Of a stretch of DNA of 64,000 nt, positions 37,614-47,588 are shown one piece after another. Position 1 is the first letter of the stretch. Each line of letters starts with the position of its first letter. Location: contig OZ244960.1 of the NCBI GenBank assembly GCA_965222605.1, positions 2,624,001 to 2,688,000 of the forward strand, in the 5' to 3' direction. Under the pieces are notes generated by a model, which made no database searches, was not told where the DNA came from, and worked only from the letters and a program-made list of their open reading frames with translations. The DNA comes from Candidatus Latescibacterota bacterium. Lineage in GTDB: Bacteria; Latescibacterota; UBA2968. The position numbers were made by a program, and so were the translations under genes.

Positions 37614-40043
37614 ATGCGTGGGATCAGAGAACGGATCAAGTTTTCTTACTGTGTAATATTATGCATCATATTGGGCTGTTCGCTGCGCTTTGTGGGGTTG
37701 ACCAGAGGAGACAGTTCGTTTGTGCTGGACGGATCGGGCCAATCTGAGAGAGCGTTTTATCATTTCCATCCCGATGAAACTGCCCTCATCCAGGCTGCTA
37801 TAGACCCCATTGACCCATTAGCCCCCAAGATCACCAGCTATGGTATGTTGCCCATCTATCTTTTGCGAGGTGTACTGGAATTTAACAGCATTATTCTGGG
37901 CCAGGACTTTACGAATCAGAAATCACTCGATGGGGTCCGATATGTATATTTCACCGCTCGTATACTGGCGGTACTGGTTTCTTGTCTGACCCTGTATTTG
38001 GTCTGGTTATTGGGTGCTCGGTGGTTCAGTGAGCTGACTGGCCTGCTCGCTGTTTGCATCGTAGCCGTGGCCCCAATGGCAATCCAACTGGCCCATTTTT
38101 ATACCGTAGATGGATTGTTCACACTGCTGATTCTGGCCAGTATGTATGCCCTTTTAAGTGCATTGGAACGGCCTGATTGGCGGTGGTTCATATTGACGGG
38201 CATATTGATCGGACTCAGTGTCGCCGTTCGCCTGATAGGCTTATCAGCGGGATTTATATTGCTGGTCGGCTATATCACTCGTCAGCGGCAATTAAAGGCA
38301 GTCCTCGCACCCTCTATTTGGCTGGCGGGTCTATCAACAGTGTTGTGTCTGGTTGCTCTCCAGCCTTTTCTGGTATTGGACTGGGATCTGATTTTTCGGG
38401 ATATGAGGCCTTACGGTCTGGGTTTTGCGATGAAATGGGCGCGAGGAGAACACCTCGAAATCTGGAGCTTAGTGGATATCCACACGACCCCTTACCTGCA
38501 TCACTGGAGCCATCTGTGGCCTTTGGGGGTGGGTTGGCCTCTTACCATCCTCTTTATCTTTGGATTATCATATAGTCTCTGGAAAATAGATCATCAAAAA
38601 GGACTGATCCTGCTCTGGATCGGGATCTATTTTTATGTAACTGGCGGCTTGCAGGCCAAGCCCATAAGGTATCTCCTGCCTCTGCTGCCCTTTTTCGCTC
38701 TTGTGGCGGCGGATTTCTGCGTCTGGTTCATCCGGTCTCCGCAATTTGTCCGGGTACGAAAATTGGCTATTGGAATTTGTGCTGCGATATTTATGTACAG
38801 CACCATTTACGGCGTTGCTTTTGCCAGCCTCTATACTCGGGAAGACAGCCGTATTCAGGCCGCACGCTGGATAGATAAACATATCCCCGCCAATAGCCGG
38901 GTCGGTGTCGAAAAGGGTGGGTTCTCTATGCGCGGAATGATCAATTCGGAGAAATATTCCGTCCGTATAATCAATACGGGGATGCTCTTTGTGTTACGTG
39001 GATTCACGACCTGTAAAGGAGAGTTCATTTTTCTACAGGATCAGCTACGCGGCCTGGATTATATAGCTATAACGGACATCAATCGCTACCAACAATTCAC
39101 TGCCGCCCCCGAACTGGTTCCGGGCGGTGCGGCTTTCTACCAGGCATTGGTAGATGATGAGTTGGGTTTTGATTTAGTCCGGCATTTCAGGCACTATCCC
39201 TCTCTGGGCAGCATAGCGTTCAAAGATGATGGCAGTGAACCGACGTTTGTCGGCTTTGATCACCCGACTGTCATGATTTTTAAAAAAAAGGATGAAGCTA
39301 TCTACCAACAAGACATGGCACACCTGCAGAAACAGTCCTCGACAAGTCCCCATTGTGTCGATTCTTTGTTGGAGACAGCCTGTTCCGCTCTTCAGACCGG
39401 GGATCTTGACCAAAGTCTGCTGGCGGCCAGACGAGCGATAGAGCAATTTCCCCAATCGAAAATTGCCTATCTCATTGCAGCAGAGATACAAAAGCAACGG
39501 GAGGATGGGGAGGCCATGGAACTATACCGGGCATACCGGGCAGAGGCGGTACGCCATCCGTATCCCCATTTGCTGTTCTGGGTGAGCGGAATGAGTTTAT
39601 TGGAACTGGACCTGACCGATTTAGCTTTATCCATACTCGAGGAAGGTGCTCGACAAGTATCCTCTATCCCCAGTGACGCAATCATGATGGCCCATCAATA
39701 TATCGCTCTCGCCGGCCGTCTATACGACCGTCAAGCAATAGAAGAGGCCGCGAAAATCTTCTTGCTTTCAACCCAGATTCACCCACTTCCTGTGGCTTAT
39801 AATTCCCTGGCAAATATCGCTATCCTGCGAGAAGACTACAAACAGGCGGTAGCGTATCTCGAAAAATCGTTACAGTTAGACGATAAACAAGCTAAGGAAC
39901 ACGCCGCTATAGGGAAAATCACGGCCCGATTCCTGAACAATCAGCCCAAAGCCCTGTACCACTTTCAAAGGGCACTTGAACTGGACCCCAAATTAGAGAC
40001 CGATCTATCCAGATGGGTAGAAATTAAACGAGAACCATTTTAA
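37614..40043 (+). CDS. GT-C (PMT/ArnT-like) membrane glycosyltransferase with C-terminal TPRs
   Basis: FHPDE loop, AHFYTVD, many TM helices, RYLLPL, TPRs; atypical codon usage. Confidence 0.8.
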   Translation: MRGIRERIKFSYCVILCIILGCSLRFVGLTRGDSSFVLDGSGQSERAFYHFHPDETALIQAAIDPIDPLAPKITSYGMLPIYLLRGVLEFNSIILGQDFTNQKSLDGVRYVYFTARILAVLVSCLTLYLVWLLGARWFSELTGLLAVCIVAVAPMAIQLAHFYTVDGLFTLLILASMYALLSALERPDWRWFILTGILIGLSVAVRLIGLSAGFILLVGYITRQRQLKAVLAPSIWLAGLSTVLCLVALQPFLVLDWDLIFRDMRPYGLGFAMKWARGEHLEIWSLVDIHTTPYLHHWSHLWPLGVGWPLTILFIFGLSYSLWKIDHQKGLILLWIGIYFYVTGGLQAKPIRYLLPLLPFFALVAADFCVWFIRSPQFVRVRKLAIGICAAIFMYSTIYGVAFASLYTREDSRIQAARWIDKHIPANSRVGVEKGGFSMRGMINSEKYSVRIINTGMLFVLRGFTTCKGEFIFLQDQLRGLDYIAITDINRYQQFTAAPELVPGGAAFYQALVDDELGFDLVRHFRHYPSLGSIAFKDDGSEPTFVGFDHPTVMIFKKKDEAIYQQDMAHLQKQSSTSPHCVDSLLETACSALQTGDLDQSLLAARRAIEQFPQSKIAYLIAAEIQKQREDGEAMELYRAYRAEAVRHPYPHLLFWVSGMSLLELDLTDLALSILEEGARQVSSIPSDAIMMAHQYIALAGRLYDRQAIEEAAKIFLLSTQIHPLPVAYNSLANIAILREDYKQAVAYLEKSLQLDDKQAKEHAAIGKITARFLNNQPKALYHFQRALELDPKLETDLSRWVEIKREPF

Positions 40044-40145
40044 GACTCTCCTCAGACGATTAGGGCGAGGCATGCCTCGCCCCTACATTCATTTTATCTG
40101 TGTTCATCTGCGTTCATCTGCGTTCATCTGCGGATACTTTTACCC

Positions 40146-41432
40146 ATGATCGAAATCATCAAATACAACCGCGACAAGACACCCCCAAAACTCGACGCCA
40201 TCCTCTCGCGCACCCCTGATTTTTCTGTCGAACAAGAAACAACCGTGCGAGAAATCGTCAGCACCGTAAAAGAACAGGGGGACCGCGCACTGCTCGCGTA
40301 CACAAAAAAATACGACAGCATTGACATAATCGACATTCGCGTGCCCGAATCTGAAATCAAAGCAGCCCATCGCAACGCCGACCCCAAATTCATCGAAATC
40401 ATAGACGCAGCCGCGACAAACATCCGCAAATTTCACGAAGCCCAACGACAAACATCCTATTTTATCGAAGACGGCGACGGCGTCATCCTGGGCAAACGCA
40501 TCTTACCTATCGAACGCGTTGCCCTGCTCATCCCCGGCGCGAGTGCCCCCCTATTCTCCACCCTGCTCATGGCCGCCATCCCCGCGCAAATCGCAGGCGT
40601 CCCGCACCTCTGCATCGCCACGCCCCCGCAGCCAAATGGCGCCATACACCCCGCCGTCCTCGCCACAGCCCACCACCTGGGGATATGCGAAATCTACAAA
40701 GTCTTTGGCGCACAAGCCGTGGCCGCACTCGCTTATGGCACCGACACCATACCCCGCGTTGACAAACTCGTCGGACCCGGCAACCCCTATGTTCAAATCG
40801 CAAAAAAACTCGTCTTTGGAACCGTTGACATCGACATGATCGCCGGACCCAGCGAAATCGTCGTCATCGCCGACCACACTGCAAACGCCAAACACGTCGC
40901 CGCCGACCTCCTCTCACAGGCCGAACACGGCAGCGGCTTTGAAGCCGCGGTCTGCATCACGCCCTCTGCCGACCTCGCATCTCAAATCGCCGACGAAATC
41001 GCCCACCAGGCCGCCGACCTGACACACCGCGAAGCCATACAAAATGCACTCGACCGCTTTGGTGCAATCGTCGTCGTCCGCGACCTCGCCGAAGGCATTG
41101 ACCTCGCCAACCAAATAGCACCCGAACACCTCGAACTCATCGTCGCCGACCCCTGGGCACACCTGCAAACCATTCGCCATGCCGGTGCCGTATTCCTCGG
41201 CGCGGCATCATCCGAACCCGTGGGCGACTACTATGCGGGCACCAACCACATCCTGCCCACCGCCGGCGCCGCCCGATTCGCATCATCCGTTGGCGTTGAC
41301 ACCTTCACCAAAAATATTAGCGTATTACAATACACCGACCAGCGCCTGCAAAAAACCGCGGGCCACATCATCAGCATGGCCGAAATCGAGGGCCTCGACG
41401 CCCATGCCAATGCGATTAGACAAAGGCTTTAA
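40146..41432 (+). CDS. hisD: Histidinol dehydrogenase
   Basis: GAQAVAALAYGT, GPGN.YV, DMIAGPSE, DLLSQAEH, APEHLE, GDY.AGTNH.LPT. Confidence 0.96.
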   Translation: MIEIIKYNRDKTPPKLDAILSRTPDFSVEQETTVREIVSTVKEQGDRALLAYTKKYDSIDIIDIRVPESEIKAAHRNADPKFIEIIDAAATNIRKFHEAQRQTSYFIEDGDGVILGKRILPIERVALLIPGASAPLFSTLLMAAIPAQIAGVPHLCIATPPQPNGAIHPAVLATAHHLGICEIYKVFGAQAVAALAYGTDTIPRVDKLVGPGNPYVQIAKKLVFGTVDIDMIAGPSEIVVIADHTANAKHVAADLLSQAEHGSGFEAAVCITPSADLASQIADEIAHQAADLTHREAIQNALDRFGAIVVVRDLAEGIDLANQIAPEHLELIVADPWAHLQTIRHAGAVFLGAASSEPVGDYYAGTNHILPTAGAARFASSVGVDTFTKNISVLQYTDQRLQKTAGHIISMAEIEGLDAHANAIRQRL

Positions 41433-41441
41433 CACAAACCC

Positions 41442-42512
41442 ATGACCTATCTCCACAACATCAAACCCGAAGTCCGCGCCCTGCACGGGTATCATCTCAC
41501 GGCCTACGACTGTCCCATCAAGCTCAACCAGAACGAAAGCCCTTTTGACGTACCCGACAGCTTGAAAGACGACATCTTGCGCGCTGTCCGAGACAAATCC
41601 TGGTCGCGCTATCCCGAACCCATGCAAATGGACCTCGTCGAAGCGCTCGCCGATCACGTTGGCGTCCCGCCCGAGGGACTCATCGTCTGCAACGGATCGA
41701 ACACCCTCGTACAACTCGTCCTCGGCGTCGTCTCCGCACCCGGTGTCCAGGTCGTCATCCCCTCGCCCTCATTCTCCCTCTACGGCCTCTACACCAACAT
41801 ATTCAGCGGGCGCATTCTCGACGTTCCCCTCACGCAAAACTACGGCTTCGACATCCCGGCTCTATGCCGCGCTGCCACCGAAAAAAACGTGCGCCTCATC
41901 ATCCTCTGCTCTCCCAACAACCCCACGGGCTGTGCCATCTCAAACACAGACCTCGACAAACTCTTATCCAGCACCAACGCCCTCGTCATGGTCGATGAAG
42001 CCTACGGCGAATTCTACAACCAAACCGCCATAGACCTCTTGCCCAAACACCCCAACCTCATCGTACTCAAAACCCTCTCCAAAGCATTTGGCGCCGCTGG
42101 CATCCGCATCGGCTATCTCATTGCCCATCCCGACTTGCGCGACGAAATCATCAAAGGCAAAATCCCCTTTGACATCAACACCTTCTCGCACACAGCAGCC
42201 ATGGCCATCCTCAACCACAAAGACCTCATACAAAAACGCATTGCATCTATATGCTCAGAACGCGAGCGCGTCTTCCAATGCCTCACCCAAATAGAAGGCG
42301 TCACCCCTTATCCATCACACGCCAACCTCATCCTCTTTGAAGTCGCCGATCCAGATGCTGTCTTCACCGGCTTGATCGAACAGGGCATACTCATCCGCAA
42401 CGTCACATCCTATCCCATGCTCGACAGGGCACTGCGCGTATCCATCGGCACAGAACGAGAAAACAATAGCTTTTTACAAGCCCTTGAAAGGACGTTGGAA
42501 ACATCCTCGTGA
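41442..42512 (+). CDS. hisC: Histidinol-phosphate aminotransferase
   Basis: KLNQNESP, NGS, SPNNPTG, VDEAY, TLSKAFGAAGIRIG. Confidence 0.94.
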   Translation: MTYLHNIKPEVRALHGYHLTAYDCPIKLNQNESPFDVPDSLKDDILRAVRDKSWSRYPEPMQMDLVEALADHVGVPPEGLIVCNGSNTLVQLVLGVVSAPGVQVVIPSPSFSLYGLYTNIFSGRILDVPLTQNYGFDIPALCRAATEKNVRLIILCSPNNPTGCAISNTDLDKLLSSTNALVMVDEAYGEFYNQTAIDLLPKHPNLIVLKTLSKAFGAAGIRIGYLIAHPDLRDEIIKGKIPFDINTFSHTAAMAILNHKDLIQKRIASICSERERVFQCLTQIEGVTPYPSHANLILFEVADPDAVFTGLIEQGILIRNVTSYPMLDRALRVSIGTERENNSFLQALERTLETSS

Positions 42513-42522
42513 GACAAAACCC

Positions 42523-43929
42523 ATGCCAAAAACAACAGACATAAAAATCAAATCCGTCGCCACCTACTTCCTCCCCGTACAAACGCGCATACCCTATCGC
42601 TTTGGCACCGAACAACTCGACAGCGTCACCTGCGTAAGAGTTCGCGTCGATATCGAAGACCACCGCGGCAACACCGCTTGCGGCTGGGGAGAAACACCCT
42701 TAAGCGCGCCCTGGGCATGGCCATCGCCACACCTCACATACACCATTAGAGAAACGGCCATGAAAAACTTCTGTCTCAAAATCGGACGCGCCTGGGCAGG
42801 TATCAACACAACCGGTCACCCCATAGAAATCGGCCACACATTCCAGGAAAATATCCTCCCCAATCTCCTGTCAGCCTTCAACATCGAACAACAAAACACC
42901 ACAGGGGACATGCCCCGCCTATCCGCGCTCGTCTGTGCATCGGCTTATGACCTCGCCCTCCACGACGCCTATGGCATGCTCCACAACATCGACACCTACG
43001 ACACGTACAACGCCGATTTCATGAACGCCGATCTCTCGCACTATCTCGACCCAGCCGACGACATCAACTACAACTTCTCCGGTCGCTATCCCGAAACCTA
43101 TCTCATCCGCCCGCGCCCAAACCGCCTGCCCGCATGGCACGCCGTAGGCGGCAACGACCTCCTCGACGACGCCGAACGCACAGGCGATGAACCCGACGAC
43201 GGCTATCCCGTGGTCCTCCCCGACTGGATACAGCGCGACGGCATCACCTGCCTCAAAATCAAACTCACCGGACAAGAACCCGGATGGGACTACGACCGCA
43301 TCGTCCGCATCGGACAAATCGGCATCGAACACAATGCCATGTGGTTGTGTACAGACTTCAACTGCACCGTCCAGGAAGTCGATTACGTCAACGACATCCT
43401 GGACCGCCTCCTGACCGACCACCCGCGCATCTATCAAATGATCCTCTACGTCGAACAACCCTTTGCTTATGAACTCTCTGACAACCCCCTCCACGTACAC
43501 AGCATCTCCGCGCGCAAACCCCTCTTCATGGACGAAAGCGCGCACGACTGGCGCGTCATACGCCTGGGGCGGCAACTCGGCTGGACCGGCGTCGCACTCA
43601 AAACCTGCAAAACCCAAACCGGCGCCCTGCTCTCCCTCTGCTGGGCACGCGCACACGGCATGACACTCATGGTACAGGACCTCACAAATCCCATGTTCGC
43701 CCAAATCCCCCACGCCCTGCTCACCGCCCATGCCGGCACCGTCATGGGCTTTGAAACCAACGCCATGCAATTTTATCCCGACGCCTCACTCCCCGAAGCC
43801 GCCGTACACCCCGGCGTCTATCGCCGGCAAAACGGCCACATCGACATCTCCACAGTCAAAGGTCCCGGCTTTGGATACAAACACCACTTGATCAACCGCA
43901 CACTTCCGGAACCCGCTGATAGGAATTGA
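42523..43929 (+). CDS. Enolase-superfamily (mandelate racemase-like) protein
   Basis: GWGE, LKIKL, DFN, EQP, DES metal ligands, ALKTCK. Confidence 0.8.
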   Translation: MPKTTDIKIKSVATYFLPVQTRIPYRFGTEQLDSVTCVRVRVDIEDHRGNTACGWGETPLSAPWAWPSPHLTYTIRETAMKNFCLKIGRAWAGINTTGHPIEIGHTFQENILPNLLSAFNIEQQNTTGDMPRLSALVCASAYDLALHDAYGMLHNIDTYDTYNADFMNADLSHYLDPADDINYNFSGRYPETYLIRPRPNRLPAWHAVGGNDLLDDAERTGDEPDDGYPVVLPDWIQRDGITCLKIKLTGQEPGWDYDRIVRIGQIGIEHNAMWLCTDFNCTVQEVDYVNDILDRLLTDHPRIYQMILYVEQPFAYELSDNPLHVHSISARKPLFMDESAHDWRVIRLGRQLGWTGVALKTCKTQTGALLSLCWARAHGMTLMVQDLTNPMFAQIPHALLTAHAGTVMGFETNAMQFYPDASLPEAAVHPGVYRRQNGHIDISTVKGPGFGYKHHLINRTLPEPADRN

Positions 43930-44046
43930 AAGACAAAACCTTCTGGATCGCACGGGACGGCACGGGGACCGTCCCCTACAACACCATGCCGCGATGACGC
44001 ACGGGACGGCACGGGGACCGTCCCCTACACAAAAAGGCACATACCA

Positions 44047-44637
44047 ATGTCCTCTCGCACCGCACACATCCAGCGCAAAACCTCTGAAACCGACATTGAT
44101 CTCACCCTCACCCTCATGGGCACAGGAGAATCGCACATCGACACGGGCATCGGCTTTTTTGACCACATGCTCACAGCCCTTGCCCGCCACGGCTTATTCG
44201 ACCTCACCGTCACCTGCAAAGGCGACCTCGACGTCGATGCACACCACACCGTCGAAGACGTCGGCATCTGCCTGGGCATGGCCCTCTCTAACGCACTGGG
44301 CGACAAAACCGGCATCGCGCGATTCGGCTTTGCCTACGTACCCATGGACGAAGCCCTCGCCCGCGCCGTGGTCGATCTGTCCGGACGCGCGCACCTGATC
44401 TATTGTGCCGAATTCGCCGAAGAACGCATCGGCGCATTTCCCACAGCCCTGGGCCTCGAATTTTTCACCGCACTCGCGCACAACGCCCGCTTGAACCTGC
44501 ACATCGACCTCATCCGCGGCAACAACGCGCACCACGGCATGGAAGCCATCTTCAAAGCCGTCGCCCGATCCCTGCGACAAGCCGTCACCCTCGACAACCG
44601 CATCAGCGGCATACCCTCGACCAAAGGAAGCCTGTGA
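44047..44637 (+). CDS. hisB: Imidazoleglycerol-phosphate dehydratase
   Basis: TGIGFFDHML, DAHHTVED, PMDEAL, NAHHGMEA.FKA, PSTKG. Confidence 0.96.
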   Translation: MSSRTAHIQRKTSETDIDLTLTLMGTGESHIDTGIGFFDHMLTALARHGLFDLTVTCKGDLDVDAHHTVEDVGICLGMALSNALGDKTGIARFGFAYVPMDEALARAVVDLSGRAHLIYCAEFAEERIGAFPTALGLEFFTALAHNARLNLHIDLIRGNNAHHGMEAIFKAVARSLRQAVTLDNRISGIPSTKGSL

Positions 44638-45194
44638 ACGCACAACCCGCCGCATTCATCGACCGCGACGGCACAATCAATATCGATGTCCACGACCTCA
44701 ATCGCGTGGAACAACTCCAACTCATCCCGCGAGCGGGAGAAGCCATTGCGCGCCTCAACCAGGCCGGTTATCCCGTCATCGTAATCACCAACCAATCCGC
44801 CATTGCGCGCGGCCTGCTCACAGAACCCGGATTGTCCGAGATTCATCGCGAACTCAAACACCAATTGTCCGCCTTCAACGCAACCATCGATGCCATCTAC
44901 CATTGTCCCCATCACCCCGATGGGAAAGACAATTGCACTTGCCGCAAACCCGCGCCGGGCATGATCTTGCGCGCTGCCAGTGAACACAACATCGACCTCG
45001 CGGGTTCTATCATGATAGGCGACAACGCAACCGACCTCGAAGCCGGGTGGCATGCCGGCTGTCGCGCAGCCCTCGTACGCACCGGCTGCGGCGAAGACGC
45101 CCTGGCAAAAATTGACCAACAAACGCGCGACCGCATAAGCTACATCGGCCGCGACTTATTCGACGTTGTAAACCGGATACTCACACATGCGTGA
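44634..45194 (+). CDS. gmhB: HAD-IIIA phosphatase, D-glycero-D-manno-heptose 1,7-bisphosphate phosphatase / histidinol-phosphatase family
   Basis: GTG start overlapping hisB stop; FIDRDGTIN, ITNQS, CPHHP..C.CRKP.PGM, IGD. Confidence 0.85.
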   Translation: MNAQPAAFIDRDGTINIDVHDLNRVEQLQLIPRAGEAIARLNQAGYPVIVITNQSAIARGLLTEPGLSEIHRELKHQLSAFNATIDAIYHCPHHPDGKDNCTCRKPAPGMILRAASEHNIDLAGSIMIGDNATDLEAGWHAGCRAALVRTGCGEDALAKIDQQTRDRISYIGRDLFDVVNRILTHA

Positions 45195-46611
45195 AAAATT
45201 TCCTCCCATAGACCTCTCCAAAGTCAAAACCTCCCCACTCTCAGAACGCGACAGCAAAGTCGCGCTCTCGGGATTTGCCACACCTGCACGCGGCGGCGCG
45301 TCCTTTGCCCATTTTCTCACCAGCCTGCCCGACATCTTGATCGGTGCGGACTTTCGCCAATTCGCGCGCCAACTCGCCCATGCCATCCAAAACAAAAAAA
45401 CCATTGCCATCGGCATTGGCGGTCACGTCATCAAATGCGGCTTATCCCCCGTGCTCATCGACCTCATGGAACGCGGCTCCATCTCTGCCATAGCCATGAA
45501 CGGCGCCACAGCCATCCACGATATCGAAATCGCCATGCACGGACAAACATCCGAAGACGTCGCCCAGGGACTTCAAGACGGCTCCTTTGGCATGGCGCGA
45601 GACACCGGCGACTTTATCAACCACACCATCAACGCATCAGCGGGCGGATACGGCAGCGCACTCGGCAAAAAAATCACAGACACAGACCTGCCCCATCGCA
45701 ACCACAGCATCCTCGCCAATGCCCATGCATTGGACATACCAACCACTGTACACGTCGCCATTGGCACAGACATCACACACCAGCAACCCGGTGTTAGTGG
45801 CGAAGCCATTGGCCGCGCAACCTTTGAAGACTTTCGCACCTTCTGCTCTGTCGTCTCCACCCTCGAAGGCGGCGCATACCTCAATATTGGCTCCGCCGTC
45901 ATCCTCCCCGAACTCTTTCTCAAAGCCCTCACCGTTGCCCGCAACCTGGGCCACACCGTCGATCACTTCATCACAGCCAACTTCGACATGATCCAGCACT
46001 ATCGCCCGCGCGTCAACGTAGTACAACGCCCCACCATGCAAGGCGGCACAGGCTACGCCTTTACCGGCCACCACGAACTCATGATCCCCCTGCTCGCGCA
46101 CGCCCTCACCTGCATGCTCGCAGACCCCGTGCCCGACCACAAAATTATCACCCGCGATCAGGCCATCCAGATTCGCAACCGCCTCAAAGACATCGGCGCA
46201 AAAGTCGTCTTCACCAACGGCTGTTTTGACCTCATCCACCGCGGCCACGTCACCTATCTTCAAAAAGCCAGCGCACATGGCGAAACCCTCTTCCTGGGCC
46301 TCAACACCGACGAATCCGTGCGCCGACTCAAAGGCCATAACCGCCCCATCTTACCCCTCGAAGACCGCGCCGGCGTACTCGCCGCCCTCGAATGCATAGA
46401 CTATATTATCCCCTTTGCCGAAGACACCCCCAAAGACCTCATAGCCGTCCTCTTGCCCGATGTCCTCATAAAAGGCGGGGACTATCAACCCGAAGAAATC
46501 GTCGGACGCGAAGAAGTCGAATCCCACGGAGGCATTGTCACCACCATCCCCCTGATTGAAGGTCAATCCACGACCAGCATCATCGAAAAAATTTACGGAG
46601 GCGCACCATGA
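45187..46611 (+). CDS. Fusion: deoxyhypusine-synthase-like N-terminal domain + heptose-1-phosphate adenylyltransferase (RfaE domain II)
   Basis: N-term GGHVIKCG..MNGATAIHD.E..TVHVAIGTDI.H..GSAVILPE.FLK..GHHE; C-term FTNGCFDLIHRGH..GLNTD.SV..LKG..RP..KGGDY. Confidence 0.82.
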   Translation: MREKFPPIDLSKVKTSPLSERDSKVALSGFATPARGGASFAHFLTSLPDILIGADFRQFARQLAHAIQNKKTIAIGIGGHVIKCGLSPVLIDLMERGSISAIAMNGATAIHDIEIAMHGQTSEDVAQGLQDGSFGMARDTGDFINHTINASAGGYGSALGKKITDTDLPHRNHSILANAHALDIPTTVHVAIGTDITHQQPGVSGEAIGRATFEDFRTFCSVVSTLEGGAYLNIGSAVILPELFLKALTVARNLGHTVDHFITANFDMIQHYRPRVNVVQRPTMQGGTGYAFTGHHELMIPLLAHALTCMLADPVPDHKIITRDQAIQIRNRLKDIGAKVVFTNGCFDLIHRGHVTYLQKASAHGETLFLGLNTDESVRRLKGHNRPILPLEDRAGVLAALECIDYIIPFAEDTPKDLIAVLLPDVLIKGGDYQPEEIVGREEVESHGGIVTTIPLIEGQSTTSIIEKIYGGAP

Positions 46612-47588
46612 CCCAAAACCGCCTCCGAGAAATACTCCATTCGTTCTCAAATCGCCACATTCTCGTCATCGGCGACCTCATGCTCGACCACTACCTGTGG
46701 GGCGTAACCAGACGCATCTCTCCCGAAGCACCCGTGCCCATCGTCAATATCGAATCTGAAACCCATCGCCCCGGCGGCGCAGCCAACGTCGCTTATAACC
46801 TGCGCGTACTCGGTGCCCACGTCACCGCTGCCGGCATCATCGGACAAGACAACAATGGAGAACACCTCAAAACCGCACTGACCAGAGAAAGCATTGACCT
46901 CTCCGGCATCGTCGAAACCCCGCATCGCCCCACCACATCCAAAACGCGTATCATGGGACACACGCAATACCGACAACAACAGCAAATGATGCGCATTGAC
47001 CGAGAAGTCACCCATCCCATCACAGGCAAACTCCTCCACCAACTGCGCGACGCGATTGCCCGTACCCACGCACCCGACGCCATTTTTGTATCCGACTATG
47101 CCAAAGGCGTCGTCACACCCGACCTCATGGACACCGTGCGCCGCAACACCTGCCCCATCATCGTCGATCCCAAGGGCCGCAACTTCGACAAATACCGGGG
47201 CGTCACCGCAATCTCTCCCAACCAATCGGAAGCACTCGGCGTATTCAACCTGGACAATACCGACGAAAAAACAATCATCAACACCGGACATCGCCTCGTC
47301 AAAGAATACGAAATAGCACAGGTCTATATGACCCGCAGCGAAAAAGGCGTCGCCCTCTTCGAACCTCATGACCGCGTCACCCACATCCCGGCCACCACCC
47401 GCGATGTATTCGATGTCTCGGGCGCGGGCGACACCGCCGCCGCAGTCTATACCCTCGCCCTCATCTCGGGCGCATCACCTGCCGAAGCCGCGTATATTGG
47501 CAACCTCGCAGGCGGCATCGTCGTCGGCAAAGTAGGCGTTGAAACCGTATCTGTTGACGAACTCATGAACAGTCACACAATAACATGA
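46608..47588 (+). CDS. rfaE1: D-glycero-beta-D-manno-heptose-7-phosphate kinase (RfaE domain I, PfkB family)
   Basis: GDLMLD.Y..G...RISPEAPVP, GGAANVA, SDYAKG, DVSGAGDT. Confidence 0.92.
   Translation: MTQNRLREILHSFSNRHILVIGDLMLDHYLWGVTRRISPEAPVPIVNIESETHRPGGAANVAYNLRVLGAHVTAAGIIGQDNNGEHLKTALTRESIDLSGIVETPHRPTTSKTRIMGHTQYRQQQQMMRIDREVTHPITGKLLHQLRDAIARTHAPDAIFVSDYAKGVVTPDLMDTVRRNTCPIIVDPKGRNFDKYRGVTAISPNQSEALGVFNLDNTDEKTIINTGHRLVKEYEIAQVYMTRSEKGVALFEPHDRVTHIPATTRDVFDVSGAGDTAAAVYTLALISGASPAEAAYIGNLAGGIVVGKVGVETVSVDELMNSHTIT

Noticed and set aside
44403-44633. Upstream part of the 263-aa ORF preceding the phosphatase domain
   Set aside because: Overlaps hisB out of frame; real start is the GTG at 44634
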